A stretch of 64,000 nucleotides of DNA, taken from NCBI GenBank assembly GCA_022616055.1, contig JAKEFM010000284.1, forward strand, positions 18,636-82,635, read 5' to 3'. Positions 15,220 to 24,086 of the stretch are shown piece after piece. Within the stretch, counting starts at the first letter, position 1, and each line of letters opens with the position of its first letter. Both the position numbers and the translations under genes were made by a program. This DNA is from Planctomycetota bacterium. GTDB taxonomy: Bacteria > Planctomycetota > UBA1135 > JAKEFM01. The notes below the pieces were generated by a model. That model ran no database searches. It was not told the origin of the DNA and worked only from the letters and a program-made list of their open reading frames with translations.

Positions 15220-15669
15220 ATGAGTCTCATGCGTTGGGACCCGTCCCGGGAACTGGAGGAAGTGAGCGAGCGGCTGAACCGGCTGTTCGGACGCCCGATC
15301 GCCACGCGGGAGACCGGCAAGGAGGCGCTCGCGACCCCCGACTGGACTCCCGTCCTCGACATCGTCGAGACTCCCGAGGAGTACGTGATCCAAGTGGAGG
15401 TGCCCGGGATCTCGAAGGAGAACGTCAAGGTCAACGTCGTGGAGGGGATCCTCCGGATCGAGGGGGAGCGCCGCCTGGAGAAGGAGGAGAAGGGGAAGAA
15501 GTTCCACCGTCTCGAGCGCTCCTACGGCACCTTCCTGCGGACCTTCGGCCTGCCCGAATACGTCGACGAGACCCAGGTTCGGGCGGAGTTCAAGGAGGGG
15601 ATCCTGACGGTCCGCCTCCCGAAGACGCAGAAGGCGAAGCCGAAGACGGTCGAGATCAAGGTGACCTAG
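15220..15669 (+). CDS. Hsp20/alpha-crystallin family small heat-shock protein
   Basis: 149 aa. The alpha-crystallin domain reads DIVETPEEYVIQVEVPGISKENVKVNVVEGILRIEGERR...FHRLERSYGTFLRTFGLPEYVDETQVRAEFKEGILTVRLPK. RBS AGGAAGGA lies upstream. Confidence 0.95.
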   Translation: MSLMRWDPSRELEEVSERLNRLFGRPIATRETGKEALATPDWTPVLDIVETPEEYVIQVEVPGISKENVKVNVVEGILRIEGERRLEKEEKGKKFHRLERSYGTFLRTFGLPEYVDETQVRAEFKEGILTVRLPKTQKAKPKTVEIKVT

Positions 15670-15704
15670 CGCCGGCCCGGATGCCGCCAGCCCGGTCGAC
15701 GGGT

Positions 15705-17147
15705 CTAGCGGGGGAGCGGCGCGACCGTGCCGGGGACGCCCTCGAAGATCGTGAGCGTCCCCGATTCCTCGTCCGCGGTGACGACGAGATTTCGCGAGGG
15801 GATCGCCACGACTCCCTCCGGCGAGTCCCCGGTCGGGAGGATCTGGCGGAGCGCCGGCGCCCCAGGCCGGTCGATGTCGAAGACCGCCATGAACGATCCC
15901 CGCTCGGCGAGGACGAACAGGTAGTCGCGGTCCCCGAAGGCGGCCGCCGCGACCCCCTCGACCTCGATCCCCCGCTTGCCGGATCTCCCCTCGGGGTAGC
16001 GGCCGAGGAGCGAGGCCGTCTTCTCGAGCAGGCCGCGGTCCTCCCAGAGGAGCGCCCCCTCCCTCGACCAGGCGCTGCACCCGCGCGCGCCCGTGAGGTC
16101 GAGCTCCCCCTCGTCGGCCGCGTAGATCGCGGTCCCGTCGGGGCTGAACGCGACGGCGTCGGGCATCCGCGCGCCGGCCGGCACGGGCTTGCCCGCCGCG
16201 TCCGTCGGGCCGGGATGCTTCCCGGCGACCACGTCGGCGGGGTAGGCCTCCGTGAAGGAGGTCTTCTCGTCCTCGGTCAGGTCCGCCGGTCGATCGCCGG
16301 CGGTCCCGACGGAGAAGACGGAGAGGATCCGGGGGGAGGCGGGCGTCGCGAGGTCGAGGAGGGCGATCCCGTTGTTCTCCTGGAGGGAGACGGCCGCCGT
16401 CTCGCCGTGGATCGCCACGAACTCCGGCTGCGGGTCCCCCGGGAAGAGGAGGCCGGCCTTCGCCAGGAGAGGCTCGGGGAGGGGGACGTCCTTCACCGCG
16501 GAGGCCTCCGGTCTCGCCGTGTCGAGGAGGACGACCTGGACGAGGCCCGGCGCGCTCGCGTCCATCGGGTGTCCCGGCCGCGTCTCCCGCGTGACGCGCC
16601 CCTCCTCGACGACCACCGGCTCGTTCTCGATCGCGACGACGGCGAGGAGCGTACCGGCGATCCGGGCCAGCTTGACGGAGTCGGGGTGGTGCCCGATCTC
16701 GACCGAGCCGGCGAGGGCGGGCGTGGCGGGCTCTCCCAGGTCGATGAGGAGGAGCCGCCCCGGCTCGGGCTTGCTCGGCCGGGATCCCGGCTCGGGCGGG
16801 CCGGTCCAGACCGTCGCGACGGCCCAGGTCCCGAGGATGGAGACGCTCGTCGGCTCCCCGGACACCGGGATGGACGCGAGGAGGGAAGGGGCCGAGGGAT
16901 CGGAGATGTCGACGATCCCGATGCGCTTTCGCGCCCCCTTCGAGTCGGTGTAGGCGAGGATCCTGCCGTCGGGCGAGGCCGCCACGATCTCCGCCTTGCC
17001 CGGGACGGCGAAGCCCTTCACGAGGCGGAAGGCGAGGCCCTCGTCTCCTCGGAGCCCGGTCGAGGCCGCGAGGCCGGCGGCGGCGAGGAGCCCGAGCGCC
17101 GAGGCGAGACCGAACCGGCGGCGCCAGGCGGGATCGGGTCCGTTCAA
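15705..17147 (-). CDS. Exported beta-propeller protein (choice-of-anchor-I / LVIVD-like; tentative)
   Basis: 480 aa from a TTG start. Signal peptide RRRFGLASALGLLAAAGLAAS. Strand-turn segments of the following type recur: EIVAASPDGRILAYTD, IGIVDISDPSAPSLL, GIALLDLATPASPRIL, MAVFDIDRPGAPAL. The family name rests on recollection only. Confidence 0.6.
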   Translation of the reverse strand: MNGPDPAWRRRFGLASALGLLAAAGLAASTGLRGDEGLAFRLVKGFAVPGKAEIVAASPDGRILAYTDSKGARKRIGIVDISDPSAPSLLASIPVSGEPTSVSILGTWAVATVWTGPPEPGSRPSKPEPGRLLLIDLGEPATPALAGSVEIGHHPDSVKLARIAGTLLAVVAIENEPVVVEEGRVTRETRPGHPMDASAPGLVQVVLLDTARPEASAVKDVPLPEPLLAKAGLLFPGDPQPEFVAIHGETAAVSLQENNGIALLDLATPASPRILSVFSVGTAGDRPADLTEDEKTSFTEAYPADVVAGKHPGPTDAAGKPVPAGARMPDAVAFSPDGTAIYAADEGELDLTGARGCSAWSREGALLWEDRGLLEKTASLLGRYPEGRSGKRGIEVEGVAAAAFGDRDYLFVLAERGSFMAVFDIDRPGAPALRQILPTGDSPEGVVAIPSRNLVVTADEESGTLTIFEGVPGTVAPLPR

Positions 17148-17253
17148 GTCGATGGGTCAGGCGGCGGCCTTCTCCCCCGAGACCGGGCCTCCCGGAACGA
17201 GAATACCACCCCTGTCCGGGGATCCGGATCGCGCGGAGGGAGACCGCGTCGCT

Positions 17254-20200
17254 CTACTTGAACGACTTCGCCTTCCCGTCGATCGTCTTCAGGAACTGGA
17301 CGAGGTCGGCGCGCATCAGCGGGTCGGCGACGAAGTGGTGCTGGACCCCGCCGTTGACATCCTGCGAGCCGTCGAGCACCTGCTCGAGCGTCTGGGCGAG
17401 GCCGCTGTAGAAGTAGGGCGCCGTCTCGTGGACGCTCAGCAGCGAGGGGATGTTGAACCCGTTCGCGCCGAGCGGGGCGACCGCCGCCCCGATGTCCGCC
17501 AGATTGCTGCGGATCTCGTTCACGCGGCCCCCGCCCGTGGTGAAGGTCCCGACGTTGATCAGGACGTTCGCCCCCTGCTTCGCCGTCTGGCGCAGCTCCG
17601 CGCCCACGACGCGCTCCTCGCCGAATCCCAGGCCGGTGTCCGTCGAGGGAGGCGCGCCGTAGTCGACCGTCGATTGCGTCCACTTCTTTCCGCTGTGGCA
17701 GCTCGCGCAGCTGAATCCCGTCTCGACGAGGTCGAGCTGCTTGAAGAGGAGGCGACCCCGCTTCGCCGCGAGATCCTTCTTGGAGACGGGGGCGACGCTC
17801 GGGCGGACGCCCTGGGCGATGAACGTGGCGATCGAGTCCTGGCGGGCGTCCCTGCCGCCGCTGCGCGCCGGCAGGAAGTTCGTCACGCCGGGGGGATTCG
17901 ACAGCGCGAGCCCGCGGCGGGCGCCCGACAGGTTCCCCCTCGAGACCCACACCCCGCTCGGCGTCCCCGGCGGACCGGGCGGGTCCGGAAGCTGGGGGTT
18001 CGCCCCGACGGTGTACTCGAGGACCGACGTCTGGTCCTCCCCGAGCTCGTCGACCCCTCCGACCACGAAGATCTGGTTCGTGCTCAGGGACCCCGCGATC
18101 CCGAACCGCGCGCGCGGGGAGGGGAGGGAGGTGTGCGGGGGAGGGACCACGGCCACGGCCTGCGCCGTGTACTCCTCCACCGTCGGCAGGACGGTGCCTG
18201 CGCCGTCCTCGCCTCCGATCACGAAGATCCGGGAGGAGACGCCGCGGAGAGCGGCGGCCGCGCCGAGGTTGCGCCGCAGCGTCAGCCCCGCCGGATTGAA
18301 CGCGGTCCAGGTTCCCGCCCCGGCCGGGTCGGCTTGGAAGCGCTGCACGGGGTTCGCGTTGGCGACCGAGGGGGCCCCCTCGGAGCCCGTGTTCCCGCAG
18401 ACGACGTGGATCAGCTGGAGCGGCTCCGCCGCATTGATTCCGCCGGCGGCGGCGATCCCGAACTGCGCGACCGCCGTGGGCAGTGCCGCGACCGTGCGCC
18501 AGACGTCGGTCGCGGGGTCGTACTCCTCGACGAGGGTCGTCGGCGAGGTCGTGGGCGCCGTGCTCACGTAGCCGCCGATCGCGTAGATCCGGGGGCCGAG
18601 AGGCGTCTCCACGGCCGCGGCTCCCAGGGAGTGCCGCGGCGTGAAGCCCGTGTACCCCTTCGTCGTCAGGGTGTTCGTGCGCGGATTGAACTCGAGGACC
18701 GCGTCGGTGACGGGGACGAGGGTGCCGTCCCCCGCCCCGCTCCGGCCGCCGAGGATGAACACCCGGTCGTCGGCGAGCGTGGCGACCGCGAAGTCCCGGC
18801 GCCCGGCGGCGAGGGCCGGCAGCGCGGCGCCGGCGGCGAGGTCGTTCGTCGTCCCGACGGCTCCCGTCACCTGCTGGAACTGCTCGAGAAGGGCCGAGTC
18901 CGTGGGCGTCGCGCCGCTCGTCCCGCCGATCGCGAGGAAGAGCCGGTCGTCGTCGATCAGCCCGCGGCCGCCGAAGACCCCGCGCGTGTTCAGCTCGAAG
19001 TCCTGGTTCTCGTCGCGCACCCCGCTCCAGTTGAGGATCCGCTGGTCGTGCGGCGCCTTCTTGTTGAACATCCCGTCGAGCGGGATCGTCTGCCGCGGGC
19101 CGGCGTCGAACATCCAGGTGACGTTGTCGGAGCGGCCGTTGGGGTGGCAGACGATGCATCCCCCCCAGGCGTCCGCCGACATCCGGCCGTCCGGCCCGCG
19201 GCCGCTGTAGAAGAGCTCCGCCCCCTGGTGGGCGGTCTCCTGCGGACTCCCCGCCGGCGGGAGGGGGGAGGAGAGCGCCGTCCAGGTGATCGCGGGGGCC
19301 GCCGGGTTCGAGATGTCGACCGCCGTCACGGACCGGCTGATGAAGTTGAACACGAACGCCCGCGTCCCCGACTCGTTGATCGCGACGCCGCGGGGCGCCT
19401 TCCCCGGGATCTCCGCGCCGCCCGGGTTCTCGAGGTCGACGCGCACCACTCCGTTCGGGTCTCCGTCGGACTCGGGCGCGCCGATCGTCGGGATCCCCCC
19501 CGCATCGACCGTGAGGCGGACGAGGAGGTTCGCGTGCTGGACGGCGATCCAGGCGTCGGATCCGTCCGGCCGCCAGGCGATCGCGACGGGGTTCGTGAGG
19601 AAGAAGCGCGGGGCGGGGGTGAAGTTGATCCCCTGGTTCAGGTTGAGGGGCGCCGTCTGGCGGACGAGCGGGTCGGTCTGGGCCGCCGTCACCTCGAGCC
19701 GGGTCGTCGTGTCGAAGACGGAGACGAGCCCCTGCGCCATCGTGTTGAAGCGGAGCGGACCGTTCGGCGAGGCCCCCGTGCTCACGACGTAGGCGAACCC
19801 TCCGGGGCGGATCGAGAGCGAGGCGAGCTGGTTCGGAAAGCAGCCCGTCGAGGTCGGAAAGGTCTGGGGGTTCGTCGAGGCCACCGCCGGGGTCGTCCCG
19901 CTGCCGGGCGCCAGCCGGCCGTTGGCGTTGAACCCCGTCACGGCCTGGGGGGCGAGCGCGACGGGATTCGGGGCCACCAGAGGCGTGTACGACGTCGCGC
20001 CGAAGGCGACGACGCGTCCCTCCCGCTGGTCGTCCTGCCCCTCCTCGACGCTCGACTTGCCCGGGGCGAGCCCGGCGAAGAAGAGGGGGACGAAGACGGT
20101 CTCGTCCGTGTCGTCCCCGTCCCCGTCGTCCGTGACGGCGATCGCCCGGGGGGAGGAGCCGAAGGGGGAGAGGTCGACCGTCGCGACGACGAGCGGCTTC

Positions 20201-20643
20201 AGGAGGGTCGCGTCGATCACGGAGACGGTGTTCGACGAGGCGTTCGCGACGTAGAGCCGCGTCCCGTTCGGCGACATCGCGGCCGCGGTCGGCTCGACCC
20301 CCACGCGGATCTTCCCCTTCTTCTTCAGGGTCGCGAGGTCGACGATCACGACCGTGCCGTCGAGGGCGTTCGTGACGAACGCCCGCGCGTCGCCCGGCTG
20401 CACGACGACGCTGCTCGGCTCGTTCCCGACCTTGATCTCGGCGAGCTTGACGGGCAGCGGCCCCGATGTGTCGAAGACGCTCACCGTCCTCGACTCGGGG
20501 TTGACGCACAGGAGGCGCTGCTCGTCGTGGGTGAGCGCGATCGGGCTCGACTGGAGGTGGCCACGCGCGAGAGCCGGCCCGACGACCCCGAGGAAAGCGG
20601 CGACGACGAGTCCAGGAAAACGAGGCGACCTCGATTGCGACAT
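17254..20643 (-). CDS. Large exported multidomain protein: YVTN-type beta-propeller + Kelch-like repeats + two c-type haem sites
   Basis: 1129 aa from ATG 20643, which has a GGGAG RBS inside ATGGGAGCCGCCATG. Signal peptide FPGLVVAAFLGVVGPALA. YVTN-like repeats: AFVTNALDGTVVIVDL, LYVANASSNTVSVIDA. Two CxxCH motifs: GGCIVCHPNG and FSCASCHSGKKW. Confidence 0.8.
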   Translation of the reverse strand: MSQSRSPRFPGLVVAAFLGVVGPALARGHLQSSPIALTHDEQRLLCVNPESRTVSVFDTSGPLPVKLAEIKVGNEPSSVVVQPGDARAFVTNALDGTVVIVDLATLKKKGKIRVGVEPTAAAMSPNGTRLYVANASSNTVSVIDATLLKPLVVATVDLSPFGSSPRAIAVTDDGDGDDTDETVFVPLFFAGLAPGKSSVEEGQDDQREGRVVAFGATSYTPLVAPNPVALAPQAVTGFNANGRLAPGSGTTPAVASTNPQTFPTSTGCFPNQLASLSIRPGGFAYVVSTGASPNGPLRFNTMAQGLVSVFDTTTRLEVTAAQTDPLVRQTAPLNLNQGINFTPAPRFFLTNPVAIAWRPDGSDAWIAVQHANLLVRLTVDAGGIPTIGAPESDGDPNGVVRVDLENPGGAEIPGKAPRGVAINESGTRAFVFNFISRSVTAVDISNPAAPAITWTALSSPLPPAGSPQETAHQGAELFYSGRGPDGRMSADAWGGCIVCHPNGRSDNVTWMFDAGPRQTIPLDGMFNKKAPHDQRILNWSGVRDENQDFELNTRGVFGGRGLIDDDRLFLAIGGTSGATPTDSALLEQFQQVTGAVGTTNDLAAGAALPALAAGRRDFAVATLADDRVFILGGRSGAGDGTLVPVTDAVLEFNPRTNTLTTKGYTGFTPRHSLGAAAVETPLGPRIYAIGGYVSTAPTTSPTTLVEEYDPATDVWRTVAALPTAVAQFGIAAAGGINAAEPLQLIHVVCGNTGSEGAPSVANANPVQRFQADPAGAGTWTAFNPAGLTLRRNLGAAAALRGVSSRIFVIGGEDGAGTVLPTVEEYTAQAVAVVPPPHTSLPSPRARFGIAGSLSTNQIFVVGGVDELGEDQTSVLEYTVGANPQLPDPPGPPGTPSGVWVSRGNLSGARRGLALSNPPGVTNFLPARSGGRDARQDSIATFIAQGVRPSVAPVSKKDLAAKRGRLLFKQLDLVETGFSCASCHSGKKWTQSTVDYGAPPSTDTGLGFGEERVVGAELRQTAKQGANVLINVGTFTTGGGRVNEIRSNLADIGAAVAPLGANGFNIPSLLSVHETAPYFYSGLAQTLEQVLDGSQDVNGGVQHHFVADPLMRADLVQFLKTIDGKAKSFK

Positions 20644-21173
20644 GGCGGCTCCCATTCTCGAATCGGCCGTTCGACACCCCCGGCCCGGAGGGGGAACGGA
20701 AGCGTACGGACCAGCGCGCTCCCGGGTCAAGGAACCCGAGCCGAACGAAGCGGCAGAGGGGGAGCGCGCCGGTCCCCCGTCGGCGCGCCTCCGGGGCGGG
20801 CCCGGAGAGTGGAAGCGCCGGAGCCCGCGCAACCTCCCGGGTCGCGCCGCCGGGACCTCCCCGACCCGGATCCACCCGCGGGTCCCTGGCGGGGGGGGGC
20901 CGCAGGGCCGCCCCCCGCCCGGCGTCCGGCCCTCCCTTCGAAGTCTGAAAACGACACTCGTCCGGCTTCTATCCAGGATTCGACCCAATTCTAGGACTGT
21001 GCAAGCCTAGATCCTGGTTCTTGGGGGTTGACAGGGTCCCCGCAGGATTCGATCCTCCCCGGCGCAAGCCCCGGCGCGGGCGGGACGCCGCCGGGACGAC
21101 GACCGCAACGGGAGGGACCTGAACGGCGCTGCGGCGGAAAAACCCTCCCGCGAAGAAGGAAGGAGTCCGTTCG

Positions 21174-22409
21174 ATGCGAAACAAGATGGGATTCGGTTTC
21201 TGGGTGGCCGCGGCTCTCCTGGGCGCCCCCCCCGCGGCGCTGGCGGACGGAGACTGCGTCGTCTCCGTGGACGACGGCGTGCTGATCGTCGAGGGGGACG
21301 AGGCGGACAACAACGTCTCCGTGATCGAGATCGCGCCGGGGGTCTGGGAGGTCGTCGGCAACGACGGCACCACCGTCAACGGCCTCGCCTCCGACACCTT
21401 CTCCGACGAGATCGAGGACATCCTCGTCGACCTGGGGGACGGGGACGACCTCTCCGACTACTCCGGGGAGATCCCCGGCGACCTGACGGTCCTCGGCGGG
21501 GCGGGGCGCAACGAGTTCCTCCTCTTCGCCTCCACCGTCGGCGGCGACGTCCTCGTCGAGAACGAGGGCTCGGGCGAGACCGACTTCCAGGAGGGGACCC
21601 TGATCGAGGGGGACCTGACGATCGTCAACGGCGAGGGTTTCGACGAGTCCAAGATCAGCGCCACCGAGATCGGCGGCGACGTCTCCATCGACAACGACGA
21701 CGGCGACCCGCTGACGGGCGCCTCGAGCGTGACCGACCTCGAGGAGGGCACCTTCGTCGGGGGCGACTTCGTCGTGGAGAACGGCGAGGGCTTCGACGCC
21801 CTCGACATCGGCGAGGCCGAGGTCGCGGGGGACCTCGTCATCTCGAACAAGGACGGCAACGAGCTGACCGGCGAGGGGAGCTCCACGGACGTCGAGGCCG
21901 TGATCGGCGGCGACCTGAAGGTCGACAACAAGACCGGGAGCGACGAGGTCGAGGTCGAGGAATCCGAGGTCGGCGGCGACGTCACGATCAAGAACCAGTC
22001 CGGCGACTCCGCCGTGCAGGTCCAGGACGCCGTCCTCGGCGGATCGCTCCTCGTCGACAACAAGGTGGGATTCGACGAGATCGAGCTCTCCGGGACCGAG
22101 GTGGACGGCGACGTCACCCTCAAGACCTACAACGGAGGGAGCGAGATCGTGCTCGGAGCCGAGGTCTCGATCGGGGGCGACCTCCTCGTCGACACCCGCA
22201 ACGGCTCCGACGCCATCACCCTGGAGGGCCTCCTCGTCGAGGGGGCCACCGCGATCCTCACGGGGCCGGCGGCCGACGTGCTCACGGTGATCGCCTCGGC
22301 CTTCGAGGAGGCCCTCACCGTCGACGGCGGTTCCGGCGCCGACACGTTCGCCGACGGGGGCGGCAACGGGTTCGCCGGCGGGATCCAGCTCACGAGCATC
22401 GGGCTCTAG
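21174..22409 (+). CDS. Secreted, extremely acidic repeat protein (solenoid-like 22/28-aa alternating repeats), paralog 1
   Basis: 411 aa. RBS GAAGGAAGGAG. Signal peptide FGFWVAAALLGAPPAALA. Repeats are of the type GDLTIVNGEGFDESKISATEIG / GDVSIDNDDGDPLTGASSVTDLEEGTFVG. D and E greatly outnumber K and R. The C-terminus has an RTX-like GGSGADTFADGGGNGF. Confidence 0.8.
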   Translation: MRNKMGFGFWVAAALLGAPPAALADGDCVVSVDDGVLIVEGDEADNNVSVIEIAPGVWEVVGNDGTTVNGLASDTFSDEIEDILVDLGDGDDLSDYSGEIPGDLTVLGGAGRNEFLLFASTVGGDVLVENEGSGETDFQEGTLIEGDLTIVNGEGFDESKISATEIGGDVSIDNDDGDPLTGASSVTDLEEGTFVGGDFVVENGEGFDALDIGEAEVAGDLVISNKDGNELTGEGSSTDVEAVIGGDLKVDNKTGSDEVEVEESEVGGDVTIKNQSGDSAVQVQDAVLGGSLLVDNKVGFDEIELSGTEVDGDVTLKTYNGGSEIVLGAEVSIGGDLLVDTRNGSDAITLEGLLVEGATAILTGPAADVLTVIASAFEEALTVDGGSGADTFADGGGNGFAGGIQLTSIGL

Positions 22410-22458
22410 TCGTCCCCTCCCCCGCCTTCCGGGCGGGGACGCGCCGGACGCAGACAAC

Positions 22459-22496
22459 GAGAGCGGCGGAGCCGGGCTCCGCCGCTCTCTCTTTCT
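22459..22496. terminator. Bidirectional intrinsic terminator between the convergent acidic-repeat genes
   Basis: A perfect 15-bp inverted repeat, GAGAGCGGCGGAGCC (22459-22473) / GGCTCCGCCGCTCTC (22475-22489), is followed by TCTTTCTTCGT on the plus strand. A second 7-bp GC hairpin (CCCCGCC/GGCGGGG) lies at 22420-22438. Confidence 0.7.
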
Positions 22497-22519
22497 TCGT
22501 ACCGGTCGGCGCGGCCGGC

Positions 22520-24082
22520 CTACGGGAAGCTCTCGAAGACGACGGACCCGACGAACGCGTTCCCGCCGAGGTCGGTGAAGAGGTCGATCCCGGATCCCCC
22601 CTCGGCCCGGAAACTGTTGAAGGCCGAGTTGAGGATCGTGAGGAGGTCGTCCCCGGACCCCGTCCGGATCGTCGTCTTGGCCGCCACCTCGAGGACGTCG
22701 AGCGTGACCGTGTCGATGCCGCCGCTCACCTCGTAGATGAGGGTGCTGCCGATCGAGACCCCGGCGAGCCCCGAGGAGGACTCCGTCAGGAAGTCGCTCC
22801 CGCCGGAGCCGAGCCGGATGTCGGCGAATCCGGCGATCGTCGTGTCGTCGAGGTTCACGGCGTCGAAGCCGGTGGACGCCTGGATCTTCAGGCTCCCCAT
22901 GGAGGCGTTCTCGATGTCGAGGCCGCTGCCGCCGCCGTCGACCCGGATGAAGACGCTCCCGACGATCGTCGAGCCCTCCTCGACGTCGACCTCGTCGAAG
23001 CCGGTCTCGGAGCGGACGGCGAGGCTCCCCAGGACGAGGGTGCCGTCGTCCACGCCGACCGAGCTCCCCTCGCCGAGCGCGTTGCCGGCGTAGTTGCGGA
23101 TGTCGACGCTGCCGAGGATCTCGGCCCCCTTGAGGCCCACCTCGTCGAAGCCGTCGCGGTTCTTGACGGTCAGGTTGCCGCCGAAGAACCCCGGCCCGAA
23201 GGAGGAGTCGCTCCCGAGGCCCGCCGCGTCGCCGTCGTTGTTCTCGACGAGGACGTTGTCCTTGCACACGGAGTCCTCGATCTCGACCTCGTCGAACCCG
23301 TCCTTGTTGATGATCCACACGAGGCCGCCTAGCTCCGCCTCGATGTCGGTCGAGCTGCCGAGGCCCGAGAGCTCGTCGCCGTCGCGGTTGTTGATGAAGA
23401 GGGTCCCGTCGACCGAGAAGTCCCCGATGTCGAGGGCGTCGAAGCCGACGCCGTTCTCCACGAGGAGGTCGCCGCCGATGACGCTGTCGTTCTCGCCGTC
23501 CGTGACGCTGGAGGCGCCCGTGAGCGCGTCGCCGTCGCCGTTGTCGATCAGGACGGTCCCCGCGACCTCCGCGGCGTCGAGCTTGAACTCGTCGAAGCCG
23601 TCGCCGTTGACGACGGTCAGGTTCCCCGCGATGAAGCTCCCCTCGAAGTCGGTTTCGCCGGAGCCGGCGTTCTCGACGAGGACGTCGCCGCCGACGTTGG
23701 AGTCGATGAGGAGGAACTCGTTGCGGTCGGCCCCGCCGAACACGGTGAGGCTCCCCGGGATCTCGCCGGAGACCGTCGTGAGGTCCGCGCCGGCGCCCAG
23801 GTCGACGACGATGTTCGTGACCCCGCCGGAGAGGGTGTCCGAGGCGAGGCCGTTGATCAGCGTGGTGAGGTCGCCGCTGACGACCCACGTGCCCGAGCCG
23901 GGCGGGGTCTCCGTGACGAAGATCGCGTTCGCGTCGGCGTCTCCTGTGACCAGGAGGACGCCGCCGGAGACGGACGCCGTGCACGAGCCGGCGGCGAGGC
24001 CGAGGCTCGGCGTCCCGAGAAGCGCCGAGGCGACGACGACGGCACGGGCAGCTCCGGAGAAGAGACGGTGGAACGGACTCAA
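22520..24082 (-). CDS. Secreted, extremely acidic repeat protein, paralog 2
   Basis: 520 aa from TTG 24082, chosen for the RBS GGAGGAGGAG 8 nt upstream; the track start at 24319 is R/G-rich. Signal peptide LFSGAARAVVVASALLGTPSLGLAA. The N-terminal module matches paralog 1 (C-x-x-SV-x-x-GVL-x-V-x-GD ... NGLASDT ... RNEFLL...VGGDVLVEN-GSGETDF), as do the repeats. Confidence 0.75.
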   Translation of the reverse strand: MSPFHRLFSGAARAVVVASALLGTPSLGLAAGSCTASVSGGVLLVTGDADANAIFVTETPPGSGTWVVSGDLTTLINGLASDTLSGGVTNIVVDLGAGADLTTVSGEIPGSLTVFGGADRNEFLLIDSNVGGDVLVENAGSGETDFEGSFIAGNLTVVNGDGFDEFKLDAAEVAGTVLIDNGDGDALTGASSVTDGENDSVIGGDLLVENGVGFDALDIGDFSVDGTLFINNRDGDELSGLGSSTDIEAELGGLVWIINKDGFDEVEIEDSVCKDNVLVENNDGDAAGLGSDSSFGPGFFGGNLTVKNRDGFDEVGLKGAEILGSVDIRNYAGNALGEGSSVGVDDGTLVLGSLAVRSETGFDEVDVEEGSTIVGSVFIRVDGGGSGLDIENASMGSLKIQASTGFDAVNLDDTTIAGFADIRLGSGGSDFLTESSSGLAGVSIGSTLIYEVSGGIDTVTLDVLEVAAKTTIRTGSGDDLLTILNSAFNSFRAEGGSGIDLFTDLGGNAFVGSVVFESFP

Positions 24083-24086
24083 GGCA

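Noticed and set aside
20881-20920. A G9 run and an imperfect GC hairpin (GGCGGGGGGGGCC...GGCCGCCCCCCGCC), considered as a possible G-quadruplex or terminator.
   Set aside because: A single G-run cannot form a quadruplex. The hairpin sits upstream of both divergent genes, so it terminates nothing obvious. It is probably incidental GC-rich symmetry.
16996-20994. A 1332-aa plus-strand ORF and a 1243-aa alternative minus-frame ORF (17144-20875) over the haem/Kelch gene.
   Set aside because: Only the 17254-20643 minus frame gives a signal peptide, YVTN/Kelch repeats and CxxCH motifs. The other frames are low-complexity R/G/P/D sequence.
20973-21057. GGATTCGA(C/T)CC motifs resembling a tRNA T-arm/T-loop, which could mark a tRNA gene or an integration-site remnant.
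   Set aside because: The flanking bases do not form a 5-bp T-stem, an acceptor stem or any cloverleaf. I found no tRNA or tmRNA-like structure anywhere in the window.
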